Source: an uncultured Gammaproteobacteria bacterium (GTDB lineage: Bacteria; Patescibacteriota; Microgenomatia; Levybacterales; UBA12049). Taken from it: a stretch of DNA of 64,000 bases. Shown in pieces: positions 8,944 to 17,022 of the stretch (position 1 is the stretch's first letter; every line of letters starts with the position of its first letter). The translations under genes were made by a program, and so were the position numbers. A model generated the notes under the pieces. That model was not told where the DNA came from. It saw only the letters and a list, made by a program, of their open reading frames with translations, and did no database searches. The stretch is taken from assembly GCA_964497535.1 (NCBI GenBank), contig CAZCCG010000001.1:194858-258857 (forward strand), given 5' to 3'.

Positions 8944-8979
8944 GCACACACCGGATGTGTGGTAGCTATAAAAATAAAG
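8944..8979 (+). repeat. 36-bp palindromic element, copy 2 (third arm replaced by the U-tract of a terminator)
   Basis: GCACACACCGGATGTGTGGTAGCTATAAAAATAAAG. Sits immediately upstream of the HxlR-type gene on the minus strand. It abuts the terminator hairpin GCACCCTT..AAGGGTGC of the 9020..9436 gene. Confidence 0.75.
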
Positions 8980-9019
8980 CACCCTTAAGTTTTACCTCAA
9001 GGGTGCGGTGTGCGAAGAC

Positions 9020-9436
9020 CTACTCTTCTGAACTCGCGTTACTCAAGCGTCTCTTGTCTTTTTCTGCTGACTCTCTCCACTGCTTGAGTGCTTCCTCTTG
9101 CGTGAGAGGCAGCACTTCCGACTTATTCTCGGTTTTCCAGAGAATCAGCGTGACACGGTCATTGATTATCAGTTGCAGTCTCCTCGCCTGGGAGCGCTGC
9201 AGGATGATAATCGCCTTGGCAGGTCGGCTGCGGTACGTCTCGACAGAGATAATGTCCAGTGGAACCGCAAGGTAGTCTGCATACTCATTCGCAGCCTGTA
9301 TATCCGCATCAGATCTCAGCACTACGATGCCAATCTGCTTGTCATGGACGGTAGGCATGATCTCATCTCCTATTCCCTCTTGGGATGTTGTATCGCTGCA
9401 ATGAGGGAGTATAGCAAAATAAGATGCAATAATCAA
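9020..9436 (-). CDS. hypothetical protein (within higher-GC island)
   Basis: 138 aa ORF. The start is probably the internal MPTVHDKQIGIVVL. Followed on the minus strand by an intrinsic terminator at 8979-9006. GC about 50% against a local background of about 35%. Confidence 0.4.
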   Translation of the reverse strand: MIIASYFAILPHCSDTTSQEGIGDEIMPTVHDKQIGIVVLRSDADIQAANEYADYLAVPLDIISVETYRSRPAKAIIILQRSQARRLQLIINDRVTLILWKTENKSEVLPLTQEEALKQWRESAEKDKRRLSNASSEE

Positions 9437-9517
9437 ACTATGGGATTAAAAATAAAGTTTTGACTTCCTTTTTTCCTGAGTATATAATCGCACGAGCGTA
9501 GTGAAAGGAGATTTCCT

Positions 9518-9925
9518 GTGGCTGATACCCAAAAGCAGACGGTTGATCCTGAAGAATTCCGGTATCAACTTGCTCAATTGGTAGAAACAGAAGAGTTCCG
9601 ACAGACCTATGCGGATACAGTGGCAGCACTGCTGCAAGATCCGGGGTTTCTGGCATGGTCAGATGCCAAGTACGCGTCTCGAATTGCAGATGCTCGGAAA
9701 GAGCTGGCAGCGTGGTACCGGCGATACTGGAGGCTTGATGAAAAGCTGGCTTTGCTTCTCGCAGCAAATCACAAGTTTCCCTATCAACTCCTGGAGATGA
9801 GCCGCGAAGCGTTACTCGCAATTACGGGGATCACTCCGGTTCAAGTGCAGACGATCCGCCGCTATCGCAGCAGCAACGGCTTGCATCAGCTAGATATGTA
9901 TCTGCTGGTTGACTTGCTCAAGTAG
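9518..9925 (+). CDS. hypothetical protein with C-terminal helix-hairpin-helix (ComEA-like) motif
   Basis: GTG start 7 nt after an AAAGGAG Shine-Dalgarno site. A TTGACT-N17-TATAAT promoter at 9457-9485. C-terminal LLAITGITPVQVQTIRRYR is HhH-like. Higher GC. Confidence 0.45.
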   Translation: MADTQKQTVDPEEFRYQLAQLVETEEFRQTYADTVAALLQDPGFLAWSDAKYASRIADARKELAAWYRRYWRLDEKLALLLAANHKFPYQLLEMSREALLAITGITPVQVQTIRRYRSSNGLHQLDMYLLVDLLK

Positions 9926-10025
9926 CAGATACATCTTGTCCTGTGGCGGTCGAGTCAGACTCGATCGCCACTTTTACTTCATCTTTATGAATAAACAAAT
10001 CCGGTTAGTGTTATAGTATAGTTAT

Positions 10026-10235
10026 ATGTTGATAGCTCAAATTTCTCCTGGTCCGGCTGATTTTAGCAAGTTGAAACCACAACCTTTTCCAACTGAATCA
10101 ATACTGCATTTTACCGGAGCATTCTTTGGAGTATGGATTGGCATGCTTCTGGTAGCTCTATTAATAGCAGGTGTAATTACTCTTATAATTTTAGGATTCC
10201 TCAAACTTTCCTCCAAGAATAAAAAGAAGAAATAA
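10026..10235 (+). CDS. small membrane protein with poly-Lys tail
   Basis: 69 aa with one long hydrophobic stretch, then SSKNKKKK. Weak call. Confidence 0.3.
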   Translation: MLIAQISPGPADFSKLKPQPFPTESILHFTGAFFGVWIGMLLVALLIAGVITLIILGFLKLSSKNKKKK

Positions 10236-10279
10236 TTGTAATTTCAAAACTACCGAAAGAAGCGTATAATATTCCATTT

Positions 10280-10315
10280 GCACACACCCGGTGTGTGCCA
10301 GCTAGACACCTAAGG
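10280..10315 (+). repeat. 36-bp palindromic element, copy 3
   Basis: GCACACACCCGGTGTGTGCCAGCTAGACACCTAAGG in an intergenic region between the higher-GC module and the restriction-modification module. Confidence 0.75.
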
Positions 10316-10433
10316 AAATCTGCTTTCAAAATAACCATTCCCGGCGTATAATAGGCTCAAGTGAAACTAAAAGACTTGCCCACCTTTCAATTTCCATAAG
10401 AAACATATAAGTTTAAATATTTTTTATAAAGAT

Positions 10434-11156
10434 ATGAACGAAAGTCAAAAAAAAGAAATACTAAATAAATTTAAAGAATTTTTCGAGACAACAATTGCTG
10501 TTAACCATCTCAAGAATTTGAATAAATTAACAAAGTTAACAGCCTTTGAATATAACCCATTTCTCTTTATTTATCTCGCTAAATTTTTAACAGGTACTAG
10601 TGATTCACAAAGTTTAGCAAAAATTTTAATTTATCCAAGAATTCTCGGAACATCAATTACTACTAGTTTTGGACAGAATTTACAAAATGCTGCCCCCAAA
10701 CTATTTCAATCAGTATTGGGGTCAACAACATCAGGAATCGACTTGGAATTCATAGACCAAGTTGATAAAAGGAAAAAATATTGTCAAATTAAATCTGGAC
10801 CAAATACTATAAACAAAGATGATGTTGAAACTATTTCAAATCATTTTAAAGGTGTAAGAGGAATAGCCCGCATTAATAACGTTCAAGTGGGATTAGATGA
10901 TTTAGTAGTTGGTGTTTTGTTTGGTACAGAAAAACAGTTGAACGGAAATTATAAAAAAGTTATGCAACAACACACTGTTTTCGTTGGAAAAGAGTTCTGG
11001 TATAGATTAACAGGTGATGAAGGGTTTTACGCTGATCTTATTAAAGCATTCGGAGATGCTGCAATAAAGACAAACGGAAAAGCTACGCTTGAAAGAGTTG
11101 TTAATGCTCTATCAATAGATATTGAAATAAATTTTATAAATAAGGAATTAAAATAA
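10434..11156 (+). CDS. putative type II restriction endonuclease (PD-(D/E)xK-like), partner of the adjacent C5 methyltransferase
   Basis: 240 aa. Candidate catalytic segment GIDLEFIDQVDKRKKYCQIKSG. Sits immediately upstream of a Dcm-type methyltransferase on the same strand. No recognisable housekeeping family. Confidence 0.4.
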   Translation: MNESQKKEILNKFKEFFETTIAVNHLKNLNKLTKLTAFEYNPFLFIYLAKFLTGTSDSQSLAKILIYPRILGTSITTSFGQNLQNAAPKLFQSVLGSTTSGIDLEFIDQVDKRKKYCQIKSGPNTINKDDVETISNHFKGVRGIARINNVQVGLDDLVVGVLFGTEKQLNGNYKKVMQQHTVFVGKEFWYRLTGDEGFYADLIKAFGDAAIKTNGKATLERVVNALSIDIEINFINKELK

Positions 11157-11199
11157 TGTTTTAGTAGAAATAATCATAGTTCTATATAGTAAATAACCA

Positions 11200-12516
11200 T
11201 TGCATAATGTATTGGTTACTATCCATAATAGAGATATGGATAGTAAAAATCTTCTTACCGTTTCAGATGCTGCAAAACAACTGAATGTATCTCCAGATAC
11301 AATTCGTAGATGGGAGAAAAAAGGGCTAATTAGAGGAATACGATCCGAACATAATTATCGTCTTTTTAGTTTGAATGAACTGAAACGTATCTATAATAAA
11401 ACCCAAGGAACTTCACAAGAAAATAACTACAAAATTCTTAAAACAAAGAAAAAAACTAAATATACATGTATAGAACTTTTTGCGGGAACTGGTGGTACCG
11501 CGTTAGGACTCGAACATGCAGGGCTTCAACATGTTCTACTTAACGAGTTCGATAAAAATTGTGTTGCAACCCTTAGAAGAAATAGGCCAAAGTGGAATGT
11601 ATTACATGAGGATGTTTCAAAAGTTGATTTCAAGAGATGGAAAGGGAAAGTAGATATTGTTCAGGGAGGTTTTCCATGTCAAGCATTTAGTTATGCAGGG
11701 AAAAAACTTGGTTTTGAAGATACAAGAGGGACATTATTCTATGAATTCGCGCGTTGCATAAAAGAAGTACGACCCAAAATAGCAATGGGAGAAAATGTAA
11801 GAGGATTACTTACTCATGAAAATGGAGAAACATTGAAAGCAATGACTCAAATTTTAGATGAATTAGGATATAACGTAACTTACAAGGTGGTAAAAGCACA
11901 ATATTTAGATGTACCACAAAAAAGGGAAAGATTGATAATAATTGGAGTTAGAAAAGATTTAAATATCCCCTTTATTTTTCCAAAAGAAAAAGATTATACA
12001 ATTTCGCTTCGTGAAGCATTGAAAAACGTTCCCAAGTCTTCAGGTCAAGAATATCCTGAAAAAAAGAAAAAGATTATGAAACTTATTCCACCAGGAGGTT
12101 ACTGGAAGGATTTAATACCAAAGTTGCAAAAAGAATATATGGGTGCCAGTTATTATATGGGTGGTGGAAAGACAGGAATGGCACGAAGATTATCGTGGGA
12201 CGAACCAAGTCTTACTCTGACATGCGCTCCTGCCCAAAAACAAACAGAACGATGTCATCCAGAAGAGACGAGACCATTAACTGTTCGAGAATACGCTCGT
12301 ATACAGACATTTCCTGATGAATGGGAGTTTGTCGGTTCTACAGCGTCACAATATAAACAAATAGGCAACGCGGTACCAGTAAATTTAGGGTATCATATGG
12401 GACGGTGTTTAATTGTAATGTTAGATGGAGTAAAACAAGCAGAAAATATGGATGTGATTAAGGAATTTAAAGAAAATAACCCATCAGTATACAACCCTGC
12501 TTCATTTTCTTTATAA
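11200..12516 (+). CDS. DNA (cytosine-5)-methyltransferase with N-terminal MerR/excisionase-type HTH (SsoII/MspI-like regulatory methyltransferase architecture)
   Basis: Motif I FAGTGG, motif IV PCQ (GFPCQAFSYAGK), motif VI ENV (GENVRGL), motif VIII QKRERLIIIG, and C-terminal GNAVP. N-terminal HTH TVSDAAKQLNVSPDTIRRWEKKGLI. The start may be the internal MDSKNLL. Confidence 0.85.
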   Translation: MHNVLVTIHNRDMDSKNLLTVSDAAKQLNVSPDTIRRWEKKGLIRGIRSEHNYRLFSLNELKRIYNKTQGTSQENNYKILKTKKKTKYTCIELFAGTGGTALGLEHAGLQHVLLNEFDKNCVATLRRNRPKWNVLHEDVSKVDFKRWKGKVDIVQGGFPCQAFSYAGKKLGFEDTRGTLFYEFARCIKEVRPKIAMGENVRGLLTHENGETLKAMTQILDELGYNVTYKVVKAQYLDVPQKRERLIIIGVRKDLNIPFIFPKEKDYTISLREALKNVPKSSGQEYPEKKKKIMKLIPPGGYWKDLIPKLQKEYMGASYYMGGGKTGMARRLSWDEPSLTLTCAPAQKQTERCHPEETRPLTVREYARIQTFPDEWEFVGSTASQYKQIGNAVPVNLGYHMGRCLIVMLDGVKQAENMDVIKEFKENNPSVYNPASFSL

Positions 12517-12789
12517 TTTTTTCTTTTTTGGTTTGGAGACTTCTTTGTAGCGAGCGATAACAATTAAGATTATAACGAGAATAAAAAGTATAATTGTAAT
12601 CTCACCGGCAATAATACTTGGATCCGCTCCGATAGTCCATAAATCTTTAGCGAACCATAAAAGTACAATTAAAGAGAAACCAATAATAAACCATCTGGGT
12701 GATCTGCCTTTTCCACCCCAATAGTCAAGGTCAAAATAGTTTTCATAGCCCAATAAGAATTCTTTAATTGAATTTTTCTTCTTGGCCAT
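12511..12789 (-). CDS. small two-TM membrane protein with Lys-rich C-terminus
   Basis: 92 aa. Two hydrophobic helices and a KPKKKKL tail. Copy 4 of the 36-bp element lies about 60 nt upstream of its start on the opposite strand. Confidence 0.45.
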   Translation of the reverse strand: MAKKKNSIKEFLLGYENYFDLDYWGGKGRSPRWFIIGFSLIVLLWFAKDLWTIGADPSIIAGEITIILFILVIILIVIARYKEVSKPKKKKL

Positions 12790-12848
12790 AGGCCTATCAT
12801 ATCATTTATCAATGGTATAAGTTAGCTGTTAGTAGTTATCTATTTGAC

Positions 12849-12886
12849 TGCACACATCCGGTTTGTGTGGCTAAAAGTTGACATAC
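12849..12886 (+). repeat. 36-bp palindromic element, copy 4 (variant with GTTTGTGTGG arm)
   Basis: TGCACACATCCGGTTTGTGTGGCTAAAAGTTGACATAC. Followed by a TTGACA-N17-TATTTT promoter for the downstream PUR-like gene. Confidence 0.7.
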
Positions 12887-13002
12887 ATTACATCAATTGA
12901 CAGGTATTTCTTTGGGTGATATTTTTAAATTAATCCCGATAAATCGGGAAAAGCTTCAAATCAATAGATTTGGTAAGAGTTTTAGACTGGAGGTGAAGAG
13001 CA

Positions 13003-13233
13003 ATGACAGCAGGTAAGAGTATAAAGATAGAGTCCTCACATGTACGGTTCGGTAGACGGACCTACTTCTTCGATATCAATCAGTCAAAAAACGAGAAAAA
13101 ATATCTCAAAATTACCGAGTCCCAATTTATGGGCGAGGGAAAAGAACGGGTATATAATTCTTTCGTTTTGTTCCCTGATGATGTGAAAGAGTTCCAAAAG
13201 ACTCTCTTGGAGATAGCGGGACATCTTGCATAA
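13003..13233 (+). CDS. bacterial PUR-alpha-like nucleic-acid-binding protein (DUF3276 family)
   Basis: 76 aa. VRFGRRTYFFDINQSKNEKKYLKITESQ...FVLFPDDVKEFQKTL matches the PUR repeat seen in Bacteroidetes and Borrelia Pur-like proteins. Classical promoter and a roughly 90 nt 5' UTR with a small hairpin. Confidence 0.6.
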   Translation: MTAGKSIKIESSHVRFGRRTYFFDINQSKNEKKYLKITESQFMGEGKERVYNSFVLFPDDVKEFQKTLLEIAGHLA

Positions 13234-13624
13234 GACACGGGTATACCGGTCTTGGCAGGTGGCCGGTATGCCGGGTGATATAATAATCATTGTGCAAGAA
13301 CAACAACCACAGATCTCTGAAAAATCTACCCGGAAAGGGAGAGAAGTGATTAATCAATTTGGCACTATATGTAATGCTATTGAATCATCCGAACGAGCTG
13401 AAGCATTTGATAGAGCCGCATATGGAGACGAAGTAGACGACATGACGATAGATGTACCGGTAAGAGAAGGGGTAACAGATCTGGAAACCACCTATCCATA
13501 TCTTCTGGAGGGATTGTATACATGTTACAATGCCCGTTTGGATGATATGTATGATGCGAATCGTCCTCATACCGCCAGAGTTATTGTAGGCAAGCACGCA
13601 CTTCAAAGAGTTAACCAGGAATAA
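13226..13624 (+). CDS. hypothetical protein (start uncertain)
   Basis: 132 aa ORF overlapping the end of the PUR-like gene. No recognisable motif. Confidence 0.3.
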   Translation: MHKTRVYRSWQVAGMPGDIIIIVQEQQPQISEKSTRKGREVINQFGTICNAIESSERAEAFDRAAYGDEVDDMTIDVPVREGVTDLETTYPYLLEGLYTCYNARLDDMYDANRPHTARVIVGKHALQRVNQE

Positions 13625-13657
13625 GCATTAAATCCGTGCTATACTAGACGCTCCATT

Positions 13658-14371
13658 ATGGATATTCCACAACCCACAATCATCCGGTCCAGTCGTAGTA
13701 CACTGTCACTGCAGATTACCGCAAGAGGCGAGGTAATTGTCAAAGCACCGCGTCTGATTCCTACATTTCTCATCAGGCAATTTGTCCGCGACAAAGAGGA
13801 TTGGATACGAGCATCGCTTGCAAAAATCGAAAAGCACACAGTGCAAAAAAAACAATATGTAGAAGGGGAAGAGTTTTGGTATTTAGGAAAAATATATACA
13901 TTAAAACTCGGCAATTTTACAGAAATAAGTATTAGTGATACAAAAGAGAGATCCTTCGACTCGCTCCACTCGCTCAGGATGACCGAACAAAATACCTTAT
14001 ATTTTCCCAAAGCATTGCTTTTCAGGGCGAAAAAAGAATTGGAGAATTGGTATATCAGAAAGGCAAAGGAAAAAATAACACAACGGGTCCAGTATCAGTC
14101 AGAACAAATGGGCAGGGAGTATACCCGTCTGTTATTCTCCGATACCTCGTCCAAATGGGGAACATGTTTTCCGGATAATTCATTACAATTTAACTGGAGA
14201 CTTATTATGGCGCCTCTCGTAGTACTGGATTATGTTGTCATTCACGAGCTGGCTCATACCAAAGAAAAAAATCACGGCGAACGCTTCTGGAAATTGGTTG
14301 AGAAGTATACCCCCGCATACAAATCCCACCGCCGCTGGCTCAATAATCATGCACACCTGCTGACCTTCTAA
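13658..14371 (+). CDS. YgjP-like metal-dependent hydrolase (DUF45 / M48-like, HEXXH)
   Basis: 237 aa. C-terminal zinc motif VVIHELAHTKEKNHGERFW is typical of the YgjP/DUF45 family. Confidence 0.7.
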   Translation: MDIPQPTIIRSSRSTLSLQITARGEVIVKAPRLIPTFLIRQFVRDKEDWIRASLAKIEKHTVQKKQYVEGEEFWYLGKIYTLKLGNFTEISISDTKERSFDSLHSLRMTEQNTLYFPKALLFRAKKELENWYIRKAKEKITQRVQYQSEQMGREYTRLLFSDTSSKWGTCFPDNSLQFNWRLIMAPLVVLDYVVIHELAHTKEKNHGERFWKLVEKYTPAYKSHRRWLNNHAHLLTF

Positions 14372-14393
14372 CAAGAATCATGAATCATGAATC

Positions 14394-15299
14394 ATGAAGT
14401 TACTCTCTGTAGAGTATAATAGTTCCATGTGGTTTTGGTTTGCTTTTGTTTCAGCGGTATTAGGAGCCGCCGAGGTAATTCTCAATAAGAAAAGTCTGCA
14501 CAATGTAAGTTCTGCTGTTCTTACCTGGGCTCTTTTTACACTTTCTCTTCCGATTCTGGCATACATTGCATTAAAAGATGGTATGCCTTCAGTAAATCAA
14601 CTGTTTTATATGGGCGTATTTGGATCTTCGTTGGCATTTGCTTTTGCCAAAACAATTACCAACGAAACATTAAAAAATAACGTAGTCTCCAAAATATTTC
14701 CCCTGACAGCATTTAGCGGCATCTTCACCTATATATTCGGATTATTGTTGTTATCTGAAACCATACGACTTGTTCCGGTACTGGGACTGCTCTCCATCAT
14801 TGCGGGGTCATATATTATGAATGCAGATCAGGCAAAAGAAGATTTCCTCAAGCCTTTCAAGTTGTTATTTACTACAAAGGCATCTGTATTATTTCTTATA
14901 GCTATCATGCTAGGAAGTCTCACTGCAATTTTTGATAAAGTCGGTTTGAATAACACAGCTCCTACCAGTCCGGCATTCACCATATTTGTGGAACAACTTA
15001 TTATGTCGATACTCATGACGGTTTATGTATGGAAGAAAGAGAGAAAAACATGGGGTAAAGAGCTCAGAAATAATTTCTGGATGTTACTTCTCAATAGTAT
15101 TATGTTTATTGCTGTTTCCCTGTTGGTATTTACGGCGTATATAGGCGGGCCGGTCGCTTTGGTTCTGGGAATAAAAAGACTCCAGATATTTTTTATCCTG
15201 TTGATGGGGTATTTGTTTTTCAAAGACAAACCCACAAAGCATATCTGGGTTGCAACTCTGATTATGGTTATTGGTGTAATCATGATTAAGATCGGGTAG
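14394..15299 (+). CDS. DMT superfamily (EamA-like) transporter
   Basis: 301 aa, about 10 TM helices in two EamA-like halves. Confidence 0.65.
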   Translation: MKLLSVEYNSSMWFWFAFVSAVLGAAEVILNKKSLHNVSSAVLTWALFTLSLPILAYIALKDGMPSVNQLFYMGVFGSSLAFAFAKTITNETLKNNVVSKIFPLTAFSGIFTYIFGLLLLSETIRLVPVLGLLSIIAGSYIMNADQAKEDFLKPFKLLFTTKASVLFLIAIMLGSLTAIFDKVGLNNTAPTSPAFTIFVEQLIMSILMTVYVWKKERKTWGKELRNNFWMLLLNSIMFIAVSLLVFTAYIGGPVALVLGIKRLQIFFILLMGYLFFKDKPTKHIWVATLIMVIGVIMIKIG

Positions 15300-15327
15300 A
15301 TAAACTCATTACTGTAATATATAAATC

Positions 15328-15376
15328 CAACTTCGAATAATTACAACGAACTATGAACCACGAACCATTCACGTAT
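15328..15376 (+). repeat. 70-bp repeat family, partial copy (direct orientation relative to the copy at 16918)
   Basis: AACTTCGAATAATTACAACGAACTATGAACCACGAACCATTCACGTAT aligns with AACTTCTAACTACAATGAACTCTGAACAATGAACACATAACCT. Confidence 0.55.
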
Positions 15377-15514
15377 TAGTAAGCACTAATTTCTAATATC
15401 TAAATCCTAAATAAACACCAATGTTTTAATAATTAAAATTTTGTAATGCGGATTTGTTTGGAAATTTGAAATTGAAAATTAGAAATTTGTCTGTGCTATA
15501 CTTGTTCTCCTCCT

Positions 15515-16861
15515 ATGTCACTGACCCAAACCATAAAAAAAATTAAAGACCTTATTACCGGGGAAGAAAAGAGTTTTACTATAACGCCGGAGCTTGCCGA
15601 TTGTATTGAGACTATGGAAAATTCCTCTCTCAATTTATTTATTACGGGAAAAGCGGGAACCGGTAAATCAACGTTGATTGAGTATTTCAGAAATACCACC
15701 AAGAAAAAAAGTGTAGTCCTGGCACCGACAGGTCTTGCCGCAATCAATGTAAAAGGACAGACAATTCATTCATTCTTTCTTTTTCCTCCTCGGTTTATCC
15801 AACCGCGAGATATCCATAAACGCAGTAATACCAGAATGTATCGGGAATTGGATACGATTATTATTGATGAAATTTCTATGGTTCGGGCAGATGTGTTGGA
15901 TGGCATTGACCATTTTCTGCGTCTTCATGGCAAAGATAAAACACTGCCGTTTGGTGGTATTCAAATGATTTTTGTAGGAGATTTGTATCAGCTGCCGCCG
16001 ATTGTACGGCGAGAAGATATGCAGATTTTTTCGCAATTCTATGAGTCTCCTTATTTTTTTAGTGCCAATTCTTTCTCGAGTGCTTCATTTTCGGTGATAG
16101 AACTTACCACGATGTTTCGTCAAAAAGATGAAGCTTTCATAACGATGCTCAACAAAATTAGAATTGGCGATATAACTATTTCGGATTTGCAAATGGTAAA
16201 TGATCGAATTGTCATAAAAGATTATGAAAAAGTAAGAAAAGAATATATAACTCTTGCAACAACCAACAATATTGTTGCCGCGATCAACGATACGGAATTG
16301 GCCAAAATTAATCATCCACAATTTATTTTTCAAGCAATTATTGAAGGAGATTTCCCCCTTGAAGAGAGAGCATTGCCGGTTGAGATAACGCTGAAGTTAA
16401 AAAAAGGAGCACGGGTTCTTTTTGTCAAAAATGATAAAGGAAAACGATGGGTGAATGGGACACTAGGTACAATAGCAGATGTTTCTGCCGATGAGATCAA
16501 AGTAAAAATTGAAGACAATGGATTTCACGATATCGTAACTGTTGAGAAGGAAGAATGGGAAAACATCCGTTATGAATATGACGAAAAAAACGGAGAAGTA
16601 ATCCCGATTATCCTGGGCAAGCTCAAACAATATCCACTTAAATTAGCATGGGCAATTACTATTCATAAAAGTCAGGGAATGACTTTTAGCAGAGTCAATA
16701 TTGATTTTTCAAGGTCTCCTTTTACTCATGGACAGACGTATGTTGCCCTGAGTCGTTGCAGAACAGTGGAAGGAATTGTGCTGACCAAAAAAATATGGCC
16801 CAATGATGTTATTGTCGATGAACGCATCGTAGAATTCTCCAAATCCCTCTCACACCGCTAA
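15515..16861 (+). CDS. Pif1/RecD-family ATP-dependent DNA helicase
   Basis: 448 aa. Walker A GKAGTGKST, IIIDEISMV, the Pif1 signature region, and C-terminal IHKSQGMTF...GQTYVALSRCRT. Confidence 0.8.
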   Translation: MSLTQTIKKIKDLITGEEKSFTITPELADCIETMENSSLNLFITGKAGTGKSTLIEYFRNTTKKKSVVLAPTGLAAINVKGQTIHSFFLFPPRFIQPRDIHKRSNTRMYRELDTIIIDEISMVRADVLDGIDHFLRLHGKDKTLPFGGIQMIFVGDLYQLPPIVRREDMQIFSQFYESPYFFSANSFSSASFSVIELTTMFRQKDEAFITMLNKIRIGDITISDLQMVNDRIVIKDYEKVRKEYITLATTNNIVAAINDTELAKINHPQFIFQAIIEGDFPLEERALPVEITLKLKKGARVLFVKNDKGKRWVNGTLGTIADVSADEIKVKIEDNGFHDIVTVEKEEWENIRYEYDEKNGEVIPIILGKLKQYPLKLAWAITIHKSQGMTFSRVNIDFSRSPFTHGQTYVALSRCRTVEGIVLTKKIWPNDVIVDERIVEFSKSLSHR

Positions 16862-16917
16862 CAAGTATAAATTAGCAGTTAGCAGTAAATTGTAGTCAGA
16901 ATTGTTTGTTGTGGGTT

Positions 16918-16990
16918 ATGAGTTCATAGTTATGTGAAACTTCTAACTACAATGAACTCTGAACAATGAACACATAACCTGTTGCTGTTG
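16918..16990 (+). repeat. 70-bp repeat family, left copy flanking the ABC transporter gene
   Basis: ATGAGTTCATAGTTATGTGAAACTTCTAACTACAATGAACTCTGAACAATGAACACATAACCTGTTGCTGTTGT. Its reverse complement is found at 18788-18856 with only a few mismatches. Confidence 0.8.
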
Positions 16991-17022
16991 TGTGACTGTG
17001 CAAGCATTGTTACAATAGACTC

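Noticed and set aside
9438-9821. 127-aa minus-strand ORF overlapping the HhH gene
   Set aside because: The plus-strand gene has a Shine-Dalgarno site, a promoter and a domain motif. The antisense ORF has none.
14372-14397. AATCATG x3 tandem heptamer
   Set aside because: It is only three units at a gene junction. It is probably incidental and forms the start context of the EamA gene.
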